Positions 22,060 to 36,047 of a stretch of DNA of 64,000 bases are shown here, in pieces. Below the pieces are notes generated by a model, which had not been told where the DNA came from, searched no databases, and saw only the letters and a program-made list of their open reading frames with translations. The position numbers and the translations under genes are program-made. The DNA comes from Paraspadella gotoi (Eukaryota; Animalia; Chaetognatha), in the NCBI GenBank assembly GCA_051294375.1, contig JBJCIZ010000035.1, positions 62,001 through 126,000 of the forward strand. Direction: 5' to 3'. The number at the start of each line of letters is the position of its first letter. Positions within the stretch are counted from its first letter, which is position 1.

Positions 22060-22715
22060 CACAGTGTTGCTTGTGAGTCCCAAATTCTAGAAAATATTTT
22101 TTAAAATTTTTTATATTATTACATAATATATAAAAATATTTATATATATTTATAGCGTTAAAAATAATTTTTTTTTATTCAATCCAAAAAGGTAGTACTA
22201 TATATTAAAAAATATATATATTTATATTTATATTTTACAATAAAATTAGCTAATTTTTTTAAACTGCAACAGTTTTTTTTTCTATCATAGTATAATTAAA
22301 AAATATAAGATTAAAATAAAATTTTAATTTTAATAAAATATAATATTTATATAAAATATAATCAAAAAATTTTTTAATTTTTTTATTTTGATAATAATAA
22401 TAATAATAATAATAAAAATAATAATAATAAATAAAATATAAATATTTAATTTTTAATTTTATTTTTTTAATTATAATTATTATTTTTATTATTATTATTA
22501 TTATTTTACTGTTATTATATAATTTGATAATAATATATATTTTATTATAAAATAATTTCATTTTATCTATTTAAAATTATACAAAATTACTTTTTAATTA
22601 TTTTAATATTTAAATACATTTTAAAAAAATTATTTTTATAATTAATATATAATAAAAAAATATTTTTAACTGAACAGGATTTTTCTGAAAAATTCAGGCC
22701 CAGGATCTCACTGTG
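22060..22715. mobile_element. Transib-like MITE
   Basis: CACAGTG...CACTGTG termini with 5-bp flanks CGTCG/CGCCG; almost pure AT interior. Confidence 0.7.
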
Positions 22716-22802
22716 CGCCGGTTCTAAAGCTTAGTACTACGCATAGTATCTTTGTTAAATCAAAACGAGCTCGATTTTAAGCGAAAGTTGATCGGTTTGA
22801 AG

Positions 22803-25800
22803 CAGAGATGCAGACGCGATCCGGGAGGCGGAGTGGAAACGCGCGGAGGCGCATGTTTTTTGAGGTGGCGAACTTGGACAAGTCAAAAATTGGGGAGAAG
22901 GGAGGCGAATGCGGAGGCACAAAAAACGTTGCGCGTTCGCCTCTTGTGCTTTTGTTTTTATAGGCGAAAATCAAAAGGTTTTTGCCAAATTAAAACCTTT
23001 CTATTGTTCCAAAAATTTTTTCCAAATTTAGATATTGCTAAATTCTGAAGCGTTTATCAGCTGCCATTGGTTTTTTATTAACATATTTTTTATTAAAAAA
23101 AAAATTGGTTCTGTTTATATTTATTTTATCTAATAAGTTGTACATAAGCATATATTTTATATCTTTTTCTTTTCATGCATTCATTCACTCAATTTATTCT
23201 TTTTTATTTTAAACAAAAGATAATTAATTAATATTTAATTAAATTTGTTAATTTATTCCTATGAATATTTAATTAAATCATTTATTCATAATTCTATTCT
23301 ATTTATTTATTTACTTTATTGATTTTATTAATCAAATAATTTTTTTATCTAGCATCATTTTTTAAACTTGGATCTTTTTTGATTTGCATTATTATTTTAA
23401 CTGGCATCATTTTTTCAACTGGCATAATTTTTATAACATGGATTATTTTTTTATTTATATTATTTTACAACTTGAATCATATTTTGAATTTGCATTATTT
23501 TTTTAACCTATATAATTTTTGAATGCATTATTTTTAAATTTAATTTAATTTAAATTAATTTTATTATTTTTCCAACTTGCATCATGTTTTTATCTTGGAT
23601 CATTTTTTAACTTGCATCATTTCTTAAACTAGCTTCATTTTTAAACTTGTATATTTTTTTTGATTTGCAATAATTTTTTAATTTGCATCATTTTTTAATT
23701 CATTTCATTTTTTTATTTGCATTATTTTTGAAACTTGCATCATTTTTTTTAACTTCTATTATTTTTTTGATTATAATATTTTTTTGATTTACATTATTTT
23801 TTTTTATTACATTATTTTTTACTTACATCATTTTTGCACCTTATATCATTTTTTCATTTTAAATCATTTTTAATCTCGCATCATTTTTTGAATGCATAAT
23901 TTTTTAACCTATATCATTTTTCAACTTGCATCATTTTTTTTCAAATCGCAACATTTTTTAAATTGCAGCATTTTTTTAAACTTGCCTTATTTTCTTAACT
24001 TGTATTATTTTTTAACTTGTATTATTTTTCTTTTTTTGTAATTTTTTAAATTTATGAAATTGGTACAACCAATATAAAAATTATCCATTCATTTAATAAA
24101 TAAGCTATCTTGCCCCTGACTTTGGACAGGCTTTGGTGGTTTAAGGCCTCCATCACTCTTACAAGATAATTACATAGCAGGTCCCTGCAAGCTTTCAATC
24201 AAGACTCTCTCACAGTCCCGTTTATTCACTCCCAGAGTACCTGGCTTCCCTATCAATGAAGTGGAAAATATTTCAAAGAATGTTTCAATTGTATTGAAAA
24301 GACCACTCCCTTAAGTATTAGATCGGGGAATACTTATTGTACTTATATTACTTATATTACCTTTTAACTTATATGGTTTTAATTTTTATATTAAAATTTA
24401 TATTATCAATTTATTTATAAAAAACAATTCATAAAATTAGTACAAACAATATAACAATTATCCATTTGTTGTTAGTTTGTAAAAAATAATTAATTTATTA
24501 ATTAATATATAAGAAACTAATTAATTATTGTTTTAACTAATTAATTAATTAATTATCGCTAATGATCGTCATCAGATCCAGCATTGTTTGCTTTTTTTTA
24601 TTCTAAGTAAAACTAAAAACTTTCAGCTTGAATTGAAAAAACAAGAAAAAAATTTTTTTAATGCCAAATAGTAAAAAGATATAAAATTATGGTAATATTA
24701 TAATTTTTTAATAAATTACACAATTCGATTTTTACTGATTTGGAATACTACTAAAATTTTTGGATTTTTAATTGATATTTTTTTAAACAATTAGTAAAAT
24801 AATATCTTCTTTATTTTAATTTAATTAATCATATTAAATTAATAAAATGTTTGATTGGAACATAAAAAAAAGAAATAGAAAAAAAGAAAGTAAAATAAAA
24901 AAATAAAGGAATACAGAAAAAGTAAGAGAGAGAAAGAGGAAAAAGAGTGAGTGAAGAGAATAAGAGTAAATAAAAAGAAATGAAATAAAGTCATATAAAA
25001 ATAAATTTTGTCCTTACTCCTTATTCTCAATAATATCCTTTTCCTAAGTATTTTTTAAAAGCTTTATCTCTTTCTCTCCCCATTTCTTTTTTCTCTTTCT
25101 TTCTATCTCTTTCTCCCTCTCTCTCCCTCTCTCTTTTTTAAAATGTCTTGCAAAAATTGTTTAAAATATATATTTTGTTAAAAAGATTTGAAAAAAGTTA
25201 ATACATATTTAAAAATAAAAAAAATGTTTTATTTATTTATTTATTAATTTTAAACATAACAAATTGAAAGTTTTTTCATGACCCATTGATCTGAATTTTA
25301 AAAAAATAATATCAAATACAAAACTATAAATACATTTTTTAACAAAAAGCCGGAGGCATTAAGGAGGCGAACGCGGAGGCGNNNNNNNNNNTGCATTATT
25401 TTTTTAAATTTAATTTAATTTAAATTAATTTTATTATTTTTTCCAACTTGCATCATGTTTTTATCTTGGATCATTTTTTAACTTGCATCATTTCTTAAAC
25501 TAGCTTCATTTTTAAACTTGTATATTTTTTTTGATTTGCAATAATTTTTTAATTTGCATCATTTTTTAATTCATTTCATTTTTTTTAATTTGCATTATTT
25601 TTGAAACTTGCATCATTTTTTTAACTTCTATTATTTTTTTGATTTATAATATTTTTTTGATTTACATTATTTTTTTGATTTACATTATTTTTTAACTTAC
25701 ATCATTTTTGCACCTTATATCATTTTTTTCATTTTAAATCATTTTTTATCTCGCATCATTTTTTGAATGCATAATTTTTTAACCTATATCATTTTTCAAC

Positions 25801-27329
25801 TTGCATCATTTTTTTTCAAATCGCAACATTTTTTAAATTGCAGCATTTTTTTAAACTTGCCTTATTTTCTTAACTTGTATATTTTTTTAACTTGTATTAT
25901 TTTTCTTTTTGTAATTTTTTAAATTTATGAAATTGGTACAACCAATATAAAAATATCCATTCATTTAATAAATAAGCTATCTTGCCCTGACTTTGGACAG
26001 GCTTTGGTGGTTTAAGGCCTCCATCACTCTTACAAGATAATTACATTGCAGGTCCCTGCAAGCTTTCAATCAAGACTCTCTCACAGTCCCGTTTATTCAC
26101 TCCCAGAGTACCTGGCTTCCCTATCAATGAAGTGGAAAATATTTCAAAGAATGTTTCAATTGTATGAAAAGACCACTCCCTAAGTATTAGATCGGGGAAT
26201 ACTTATTGTACTTATATTACTTATATTACCTTTTAACTTATATGGTTTTAATTTTTATATTAAAATTTATATTATCAATTTATTTATAAAAAACAATTCA
26301 TAAAAATTAGTACAAACAATATAACAATTATCCATTTGTTGTTAGTTTGTAAAAAATAATTAATTTATTAATTAATATATAAGAAACTAATTAATTATTG
26401 TTTTAACTAATTAATTAATTAATTATCGCTAATGATCGTCATCAGATCCAGCATTGTTTGCTTTTTTTTATTCTAAGTAAAACTAAAAACTTTCAGCTTG
26501 AATTGAAAAACAAGAAAAAAAATTTTTTTAATGCCAAATAGTAAAAAGATATAAAATTATGGTAATATTATAATTTTTTTAATAAATTACACAATTCGAT
26601 TTTTACTGATTTGGAAATACTACTAAAATTTTTGGATTTTTAATTGATATTTTTTAAACAATTAGTAAAATAATATCTTTCTTTATTTTAATTAATTAAT
26701 CATATTAAATTAATAAAATGTTTGATTGGAACATAAAAAAAAGAAATAGAAAAAAAGAAAGTAAATAAAAAAATAAAGGAATACAGAAAAAGTAAGAGAG
26801 AGAAAGAGGAAAAAGAGTGAGTGAAGAGAATAAGAGTAAATAAAAAGAAATGAAAAAAGTCATATAAAAATAAATTTTGTCCTTACTCCTTATTCTCAAT
26901 AATATCCTTTTCCTAAGTATTTTTTAAAAGCTTTATCTCTTTCTCTCCCCATTTCTTTTTTCTCTTTCTTTCTATCTCTTTCTCTCCCTCTCTCTTTTTA
27001 AAATGTCTTGCAAAAATTGTTTAAAATATATATTTTGTTAAAAAGATTTGAAAAAAGTTAATACATATTTAAAAATAAAAAAAATGTTTTATTTATTTAT
27101 TTATTAATTTTAAACATAACAATTGAAAGTTTTTTCATGACCCATGATCTGAATTTTAAAAAAATAATATCAAATACAAACTATAAATAATTTTTTAACA
27201 AAAAGCCGGAGGCATTAAGGAGGCGAACGCGGAGGCGATCCGGGCTAAAAAAAATGAGAGCACAACGCAAAACCGGAGGCGAGGGGGTCTCGGGAGGCGG
27301 GGCGAAATTCACCGCCTCCAGCATCCCTG
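22803..27329. mobile_element. Non-autonomous hAT-like element (length inflated by an assembly duplication)
   Basis: CAGAGATGC...GCATCCCTG TIRs, perfect 8-bp TSD GTTTGAAG, GGAGGCG subterminal repeats. Confidence 0.88.
23524..27237. other. Probable false tandem duplication across a 10-N gap
   Basis: 23524-25381 is near-identical to 25392-27237; differences are mostly homopolymer lengths. Confidence 0.85.
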
Positions 27330-28232
27330 GTTTGAAGAGCGATTTTTACGATTGCTTTTTGGCGATTACTTTTGAACGGATTGTCGGATTATGATGAAAT
27401 TATGCATGTAGATAATGTTCCAATTGTCTATCGAACGCTACCAAATTTGATATAAAACAATGAGTTGTTTAGAAACGATGCTCATCCCCATACTAAATAA
27501 TGAATGTAAAAGAAATTATAATATTTGTCACAACTTTTTTCAAAATAAGTTTGAAATTGAATTATCAAATAAGAGGGGAAAAATTCTGCAAAAAAAATCT
27601 GCTGGAAAGCAAGCGCGCCAGTTATTATCCCTGAAATAAGACTCTGGCTAAGTATGAACTCGAAGGAATGACGGTAAGGCGTATATTGAGAAAAACGATC
27701 AAAAAAAATAATAAAAATACAGAGGCAGAAAATAGGTCTTATCGAGAAAGAGGGAAAGTAGGAAGTGAATCTGGAATGGAAAAATCTCGTGGCTGCGCGA
27801 AAACCTCGATCGAAAAGGAGGAGGAAGCGAAACAGGAGGGAGAAGAAGATCTGCGCGTCGCCTCCTCCTCCTCACGGTTATGATGTTATATAGGAACATA
27901 AACGTCAGGGAATTTTCTAACTAATGAAATGATCAAATATCAATCATATTGAGTCAGTTAAGAGTAATAACAAATCTTTTCATTTCACTCCGATTTGAAA
28001 TCCGAGTTAATATTTTGTTCCGGAAAACACTTTTTTTAATCATTCGAGCTGATCTATTGAAGTTAGAGACGCAAACGCAAGTGGCGACGACGACGCCATC
28101 CATTTCCGTTTCTGGCGTTGAGCCACATGGTCACAAAATTATTAGATTGTTAATTTTTTTCTTTTCAAGAATTTACTGATATAAAAGTTTGGCTGGCAAG
28201 ATCACTTTAGTTTAATTTTTTTTCCCTCGCAG

Positions 28233-28538
28233 AACGACCGTATGATTCGCGCCCTTCACGACGTCAAGGCGACCGACATGGGAAATCACTTTGTCCGCTT
28301 TAAAGCTGAAGTGGACTTTGATGGTCGGGAGTTGACGCGGAGCTACTTGGACAAACAAGAACTCGATGAGCTTCTTCTGGAAATGCAGTCACTCAAGTCA
28401 ATCGACGAGGCAGAGGCCTTCCTTCTCCTTCACGGCGAGAACATTGTTGACTCCCTTGGCGCAGAAGTTGACCGGATCGAGCAAAAGTTGCGAAAGGCAC
28501 ATCCAGAACTCAAACATGTCGACCTCGAGGTTTTGTGA
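28233..28538 (+). CDS. SLC30A9: ZnT9/SLC30A9 terminal exon
   Basis: AG acceptor at 28231-28232; NDRMIRALHDVKATDMG...RFKAEVDFDG...HGENIVDSLGAEVDRIE...HVDLEVL* is the conserved ZnT9 C-terminus. Confidence 0.96.
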   Translation, partial: NDRMIRALHDVKATDMGNHFVRFKAEVDFDGRELTRSYLDKQELDELLLEMQSLKSIDEAEAFLLLHGENIVDSLGAEVDRIEQKLRKAHPELKHVDLEVL

Positions 28539-29033
28539 AGAAGAATACGTCTCGTCACATTTTCCCTTTAGGTCCTTCCACTCCTTTTACAACATTTATT
28601 TGTTGAGAGAGCCCTGCCCACCGCCGCGATCTAAATCTATAAAAATCTGCCTCGTTATCGTCCTAAATTAACTCCTAGTAGTAGTAGTACATGGTGACAA
28701 TTTTACAAGCGCCGGTAAAAACACGCTGTAATTTGCAAACCAGTGGTCATTTCATTGATTTTAAAAATTAGTTGAGTAGAAAATATTAAAGTCATTTATG
28801 TGTTCAAATTTTATATTGATCAGTTAAGATATGCCTTGACAATGAGTGGAGAAAGTTGGCTTGTAAACTTTTAGCACTTTTTTAAACAAAGTATTTATTA
28901 AGATATTAACAATATTAATATCCTCAAAAAGCCCTTTAATAAATGAAGAGAATGATATACTTACGAAAGCTCTAACATAAAATTTAAGCTGCCCAGCCTT
29001 GGTTCAAAAGTTAATTATTTAAAATTTTAAATC

Positions 29034-29225
29034 TTTTTATCGTCGCAATCGCTTAGCGTTTGCGACGATATTGTAACGCTTTTGCCCATAAGTGGCGTCG
29101 TCGTCGTCGTTGTTGTCGTCGGCTTTCCAAATTATAGATCGCCTTTTTTATAATTAAATTTGGGTTTATGAAGCTGAAAATTTATATACAGCTTCTCATT
29201 ATCGATGTGCTTAAAATTGAGGACA
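29034..29225 (+). mobile_element. 5' end of a second HINE-like family (also ~34030 and 56416-56700)
   Basis: T-run, hairpin ATCGTCGCAA...TTGCGACGAT, GTC microsatellite; the same subterminal word occurs at ~6516, ~44586 and ~45372. Confidence 0.65.
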
Positions 29226-29619
29226 ATAGAGTGAGGGAGAGTGGCAAGTATGTCATCCTTCAGAATCGCTTCCCCCGGGGGCGGTGCTGGGGGCGGCCCC
29301 GCGGGGTGGCTCCGCGGGGCGGCCCCGAGGGGAAGGCAAATCCTTACCGCCTAGGGGTGGCTCCCTGTAGCCACTCCAGGGGGAATCCCCAGGGGCTAGA
29401 AAAACCTTGCCCCCTGGGGCTACCCCCAGGCAGATGGATTTTCCTGCCCCCTGGAACGGCTCTCTCTCCCTCTACTCTCTCTTTTTCTCTCCCTCTCTCT
29501 CTCTCTCTTTCTCTATCTATTTTCTATTTTCATCTTTCATTACAATAAAATATAAAAATAAAAATAATATTTTTCTCTTCAATTAATCAATCAATGAACC
29601 AATAGCTGCACCAATACCA

Positions 29620-30110
29620 ACTTGCATAATTTGGTCACCTTGCATAATTTAGTCAATTGACATAATTTGGTCAACTGACATAAATTGGTCAACTGATATA
29701 ATTTAATCAACTTTTAAAATTTGGTAAACTTTTATAATTTGGTAAACTTTCATAATTTGGTAATTTTTTTATAATTTAGTTAACTTGCTTAATTTGGTTA
29801 ACCTTCATAATTGGCTAAACTTTTATAATTTGGTAAACTTTAATAAATTGGTAAACTTTCATAATTTGGTAAACTTTCATAATTTAATCAATTTGCATAA
29901 TTAAATCAACTCGCATAATTTGGTCAATTTGTATAATTTGGTCAATTTCATAGATTTGTCAATTGGCATAAATTGGTCAACTGGTATAAATTGGTTAATT
30001 TGCTTAATTTAGTCAACAGTCATAATTTGGTCAACTTGCATAATTTGGTCAACTTAGATAATTTGGACAACTTGGATAATTTGGTCAAATTAATTAATTT
30101 GGTCAACAAT
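29620..30110. repeat. 18-bp minisatellite TTGCATAATTTGGTCAAC (also ~34645-35180, inverted at 41655-42805)
   Basis: Direct tandem units visible. Confidence 0.92.
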
Positions 30111-30974
30111 CAACTTAACAATTAGCTAATTAATAATTTTATCCGATAGAAATAAAAAAAAGAAGAGAGAAATAGAGTGCAAAAAATTTTTTAATAATGT
30201 TCAAGTAAAAGTAACTTTTGTTTTTCCATTAAAACTCACTTTCATTTTTCTACCCACACACAAAATTTTATCTTAATAATTTTATAGAATAAAGAGTAGG
30301 ATGGTTTTAATTTTTTAATTCACTTATAAAAAATAATTAATTAAAAAATATTTAATTGATTAATTAATTAATATCAGTCTTTAAGTCCATCCCATATTAG
30401 CATTAAACTCCAATTATTTGTGCTTAAATAGATGGATTGGAATAAAATTTTGTGTGTGGGTATAAAAGTATGTGATTGAGCTAGATATAAAGTTTTGCTC
30501 ACTCTCTCTCTCAAATCGTCAGCCTCTACTTAACAACGTGAGTTCATCTTAAGCAATCTACAAACTGACGATTATTAATTACAAATCTTAAATAAAATAA
30601 AATTTATTTTACGATGTAGAACTCGTTTAATGTTGATGAATAGTTTTTATTTTTTTGGGGGGGGACTCCATAATTCACTAAGGAGGTCTGTCAGTCACTG
30701 CCCATTATTTGTTTGGTGATTTATTTAATTTCTTTTTAAACATCAAATTATGAATATTTTTTTTAAAAATTATGTCTCTCTATCAGTCTATCAGTATGTC
30801 CATCCAACAAAAAAAAAAGAAAAAAAAAATTAAAAAAGAAAGATAAAAAAAAAAGAAGACAAATGACTGATTAGCTTTTTACCACTAAATTTTCGTGGCT
30901 ACGTCCTATATTGTTTGCTAAAACTTGTTTTTATATCTTTTAACTGAAANNNNNNNNNNNNNNNNNNNNNNNNN

Positions 30975-33900
30975 AATATTTCAAAGAATGTTTCAAATTT
31001 GTTATTGAAAAGACCACTCCCTTTAAGTATTAGATCGGGAATAATCTTATTTGTACTCTATTATTACTTATATTACTTTTAACTTAATGTTTTAATTTTA
31101 TATACAAATTTATATTTATCAATTTATTATAAAAAACAATTCATAAAATTAGTACCAAACAATATAACAATATCCATTTGTGTTTAGTTTGTAAAAAATA
31201 ATTAATTTATTAATTTAATAATATAAGAAAACTAATTAATTATTGTCTTTAACTAATGTAATTAATTCCAATTATCGCTAATGATCGTCATCAGATCCAG
31301 ATTGTTTGCTTATTTCTTATTCTAAGTAAACCTAAAAAACTTTCAGCTGAATGAAACCACACAAGAAAAAAAAATTTTTTTTAATGCCAAATAGTAAAAA
31401 AGATATAAAATTATGGTAATATTATAATTTTTTAATAAATTACACCATTCGATTCTTACTGGATTTTGCGGGAAATACTACTAAAATTTTTTGGATTTTA
31501 ATATATTTTTCTTAAACAATTAGTAAAATAATATCTTTCTTTTATTTTAATTTAATGTGAAATCATATTAAATTAATAAAATGTTTTGATTGGAACATAA
31601 AAATAAAAGAAAATAGAAAAAAGAAAGTAAATAAAAATTAAGGAATACAGAAAAAGTAAGAGAGGAGAAAGCAGAAAACGATTAGTAGTGAAAGAGAATA
31701 AAGAGTAAATATAAAAGGAAATGAAATAAAGTCATATAAAAAATAAATTTGTTGTCCCTTACTCCCTTATTCTCAATAATATCCTTTCCTAAAGTATTTT
31801 AAAAAGCTTTATCTCTTTCTTCTCCCCATTTCTTTTTCTCTTTCTTTCTATCTCTTTCTCCCTCTCTTTTCCCTTCTCTTCTTTTTTTAAAATGTTCTTT
31901 GCAAAAATTGTTTAAAATATATATTTTGTTAAAAAGCATTTGAAAAAAGTTAATACATATTTACAAAAAAAAAATGTTTTTATTTATTTATTTATAATTT
32001 TTAACATAACAAAATTTTGAAAGTTTATTTCATGAAGATCTGAATTTTAAAAAAATCATATCAAATACAAAACTATAACCTAATTTTTTAACAAAAAGCC
32101 GGGCTTAAGGAGGCGAACGCGGAGGCGATCCGGGGCTAAAAAAAAATGAGAGACAAAACGGCAGAAACCGGTAGGCGAGGGGGGTCTCGCGGAGGCGGGG
32201 AGTGGAGGCGGCGGCGAAATCACCGGCCTCCAGCATTCCCCTTGGTTTTGAAGAGCGATTTTTTACGATTGCCTTTTTGGCGACTTACTTTTGAACGGAT
32301 TGTCGGATGATGATGAAATTATGCATGTAGATCAATGTTTCCAATTGTCATAAAGAACGCTACCAAATTTGGAATAAAACAATGAGTTGTTTAGAAACGA
32401 TGCTCCATCCCCAACTTAAATAATTGAATGTTTAAAAGAAATTATTTAATATTTGTCACAACTTTTTTCAAAATAAGTGTTGGGAAATGAATTATCAAAT
32501 AAGAGGGAAAAACTTCTGCAAAAAAAATCTGCTGGGGAAAGCAAGCGCGCCAGTTAATTATCCTGAAATAAGACCCTCTTGGGCTAAGGGTATGAACTCG
32601 ATAGGAATGACGGGTTAAGGCGTTATATTTTGAGAAAAAACCGATTCAAAAAATAATTAATAAATACAGAGGCAGAAAATAGGTCTTATCGAGAAGAGGG
32701 AAAGGTAGGAAGTGGAAGTCTGGAATGGAAAAATCTCGTGGCTGCGCGTAAAACCTCGATCGAAAAGGAGAGGAAGCGAAACAGGAGGGGAGAAGAAGAT
32801 CTGGCGCGTCGCTCCTCCTCCTCAACGGGTTATGATGTTATATAGAACAATAAACGTCAGGGAATTTTCTAAACTAATGAAATGATCAAATATCAATCAT
32901 ATCTGAGTCAGTTAAGTAATAACAAAATCTTTCATTTCACTCCGATTTGAAATCGAGTTAATAGTTTTGTTCCGCGAAAACACTTTTTTAATCATTCGAG
33001 CTGATCTTATGAAAGTTAGAGACGCAAACGCAAGTGGCGACGACGACCGCCATCCATTTTCCGTTTCTGGCGTTGAGCCACATGGTCACAAAATATTAGA
33101 TTGTTAATTTTTTTTCTTTTCAAGATTCACTGATAATAAAAGTTTGGGGCTGGCAGACACTTAGTTTAATTTTTTTTCCCTCGCAGAAACGACCGTATGA
33201 ATTCGCGCCCTCTCAGACGTCAAGGGCGACCGACTATGGGAAATCACTTTGTCCGCTTTAAAGCTGAAGTGGACTTTGATGGTCGGGAGTGACGCGGAGC
33301 TACTTGGACAAACAAGAACTTCGATGAGCTTCTTCTGGAAATGCCCAGGTCCACTCAAGTCAATCGACGAGCAGAGGCCTTCCTTCTCCTTCACTGGCGA
33401 GAACCTTGTTGACTCCCCTGGCCAGAAGATTGACCGGATCGCCAGCAAAAGTTGCGACAAGGCACATCCAGAACTCAAACCATGTCACTCGATGTTTGTG
33501 AAGGAAAGAATATACGTCTCGTCACATTTTTCCCTTTAGTCCCTTCCCACTCCTTTTACAACCATTTATTTGTGAGAGAGCCCTGCCCCGACCGCCGCGA
33601 TTCTAAATCTATAAAAATCTGCCCGTTATCGTCCTAAAATTAAACTCCTCAGTATTAGATAGTTACATCGGTGACAATTTTACAAGCGCCGGTAAAAAAC
33701 ACGACTGTAATTTCCAAACCAGTGGTCATTTCATTGATTTTAAAAATTAGTGATGAGAAAATATTAAAGTCATTTATGTGTTCAAATCTTTATATGATCA
33801 GTTAAGATATGCCTTGACAACAATGAGTGGAGAAAGTTGGCTTGTAAACTTTTTAGCACTTTTTTAAACAAAGTAATTTATTTAAGATATTTAACAATAT

Positions 33901-36047
33901 TATATCCTCTTCAAAAGCCCTTTAATAATTGAAGAGAAATGACTATACTTACGAAAGCTCTAACATAAAATTTAAGCTGCCCAGCCATTGGTTCAAAAGT
34001 TAAATTATTTAAAATTTTTTAAATCTTTTTATTTTCGTCGCCAAATCGCTTAGCGTTTGCGACGAATATTTGTAACGCTTTTTGCCCATAAAGCTGCGTC
34101 GCGGCGTTGTCTGGTCGTCGGTTTCCAAATACTAGATCGCCTTTTTTATTAATTAAATTTGGGTTTATGAAGCTGAAAATATATACGCTTCTCATTATCC
34201 GATGTGCCTTAAAATTTGAGGACAATAGAGTGGAGCGGAGAGTTTGGCAAGTATTCGTCATCCTTCAGAATCTGCCTTTCCCCCGGGGCGGTGCTTGGGG
34301 GCGGCCCGCGGGGTGGCCTCCGGCGGGGCGGCCCGAGGGGAAGGCAAATCCTTTACCGCCTAGGGGTTGGCCTCCCTGTAGCCCACTCCAGGGGAATCCC
34401 CCCAGGGGGCTAGGAAAAACCTTTGCCCCCTGGGGGCTACCCCAGGCAGATGGATTTTCCTGCCCCCCTGGAAACAGGCTCTCTCTCCTCTTAACTCTCT
34501 TCTTTTTCTCTCCCTCTCTCTCTCCCTCTTTCTCTATCTATTTTCTATTTTCATCTTTCATTACAATAAAATTATAAAAATAAAAATAATATTTTTTTCT
34601 CTTCAATTAATCAATCAATGAACCAATAGCTGCAACCCAATACCAACTTGCACATAATTTGGTCAACCTTGCATCTTATTCAGGGTCAATTGACATAATT
34701 TGGTCAACTGACATAACATTGGGTCATACTGATATAATTTTTAATCAACTTTTTAAAAATCTGATGTAAACTTTTATAATTTGGTAAACACAAAACTTTC
34801 ATAATTTGGTAATTTTTTTTCATAATTCTAGTTAACTTGCTTAATGGTAACCTTCATAATTTCGGCTAAACTTTATAATTTCGGTAAACTATTAATAAAT
34901 TGCGTAAACTTTTCATAACTTTGTGTAAAACTTTCATAATTTAATTCAATTTGCATAATTAAATCAACTCGCATTAATTGTTGTCAATTTGCACTATATT
35001 TGCGTCAATTTTCATATGATTTGTCAATTGGCCATAAATTGGATCAACTTGGTAAATTGTTAATTTGGCTCTAATTTGTCAACAGTCATATTGGTCAACT
35101 TGCATAATTTGCGTCAAACTTTAGATAATTTGGAACAACTTGGATAATTTTGGTTTCAATTAATTTAATTTGCGTCAACCAACAACTTAAACAATTAGCT
35201 AATTAAAATAATTTTATCCGATAGAAATAAAAAAAAGAAGAGAGAAATATTAGTGCAAAAAATTTTTTTAATAATGGTCAAAGTAAATAGAACTTTGTTT
35301 TCCATTTAAAAACTCACTTTCATTTTCTACCACACACAATAAATTTTATCTTAATAATTTTATAGAATTAAAGAGTAGATGTTTTAATTTTTTTAATTCA
35401 CTTATAAAAATAATTAATTTAAGAAAATATTAATTAATTAATTAATTCAATATCAGTCTTAAGTCCATCCCCATATTAGCGCATATAAACTCAATTTATT
35501 TGTGCTTAAATATATGGAGCGAATAAAATTTCTGTGTGTGGTATAAAATATGTGATTGAGCCTAGATATAAAGTATTTTGCTCACTCTCTCTCTAAATCG
35601 ATCAGGCCTCTATTAACAACGTTGATTTCATCTTTAAGCAATCTACCAAATGACGATTATTAATTACAAATCTTAAATAAATAAAATTTATTTTACGATG
35701 TAGAACTCGTTTTAAATGTTGATGAAATAGTTTTTATTTTTGGGGGGACTCCATAATTCACTAAGGGAGGCTCTGTCATCCATTGCCCCATTATTTTGTT
35801 TGGTGATTATTTAATTTCTTTAATCATCAAATTAATGCAATATTTTTTTTTTTAAAAAATTTATGTCTCTCTATCAGTCTATCAGTATGTCCATCCAACA
35901 AAGAAAAAAAAGAAAAAAATTAAAAAAGAAAGATAAAAAAAAAAAGAAGGACAAATGACTTGATTAGCTTGTTATACACTAACATTTTTCGTGCTACGCC
36001 CTATAATTGTTTGCCCTAAAACTTGTTTTTATATCTTTTAACTGAAA
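30975..36047. other. Error-rich duplicate of 26137-30949 following an N gap
   Basis: Colinear copy with dense single-base indels spread evenly over coding and non-coding DNA. Confidence 0.9.
33187..33502 (+). pseudogene. SLC30A9: Frameshifted copy of the ZnT9 terminal exon, probably artefactual
   Basis: Colinear with 28233-28538 with many indels; lies inside the noisy duplicate. Confidence 0.8.

Noticed and set aside
33187-33502. Real ZnT9 gene duplication
   Set aside because: Part of a uniformly noisy duplicate adjoining an N gap.
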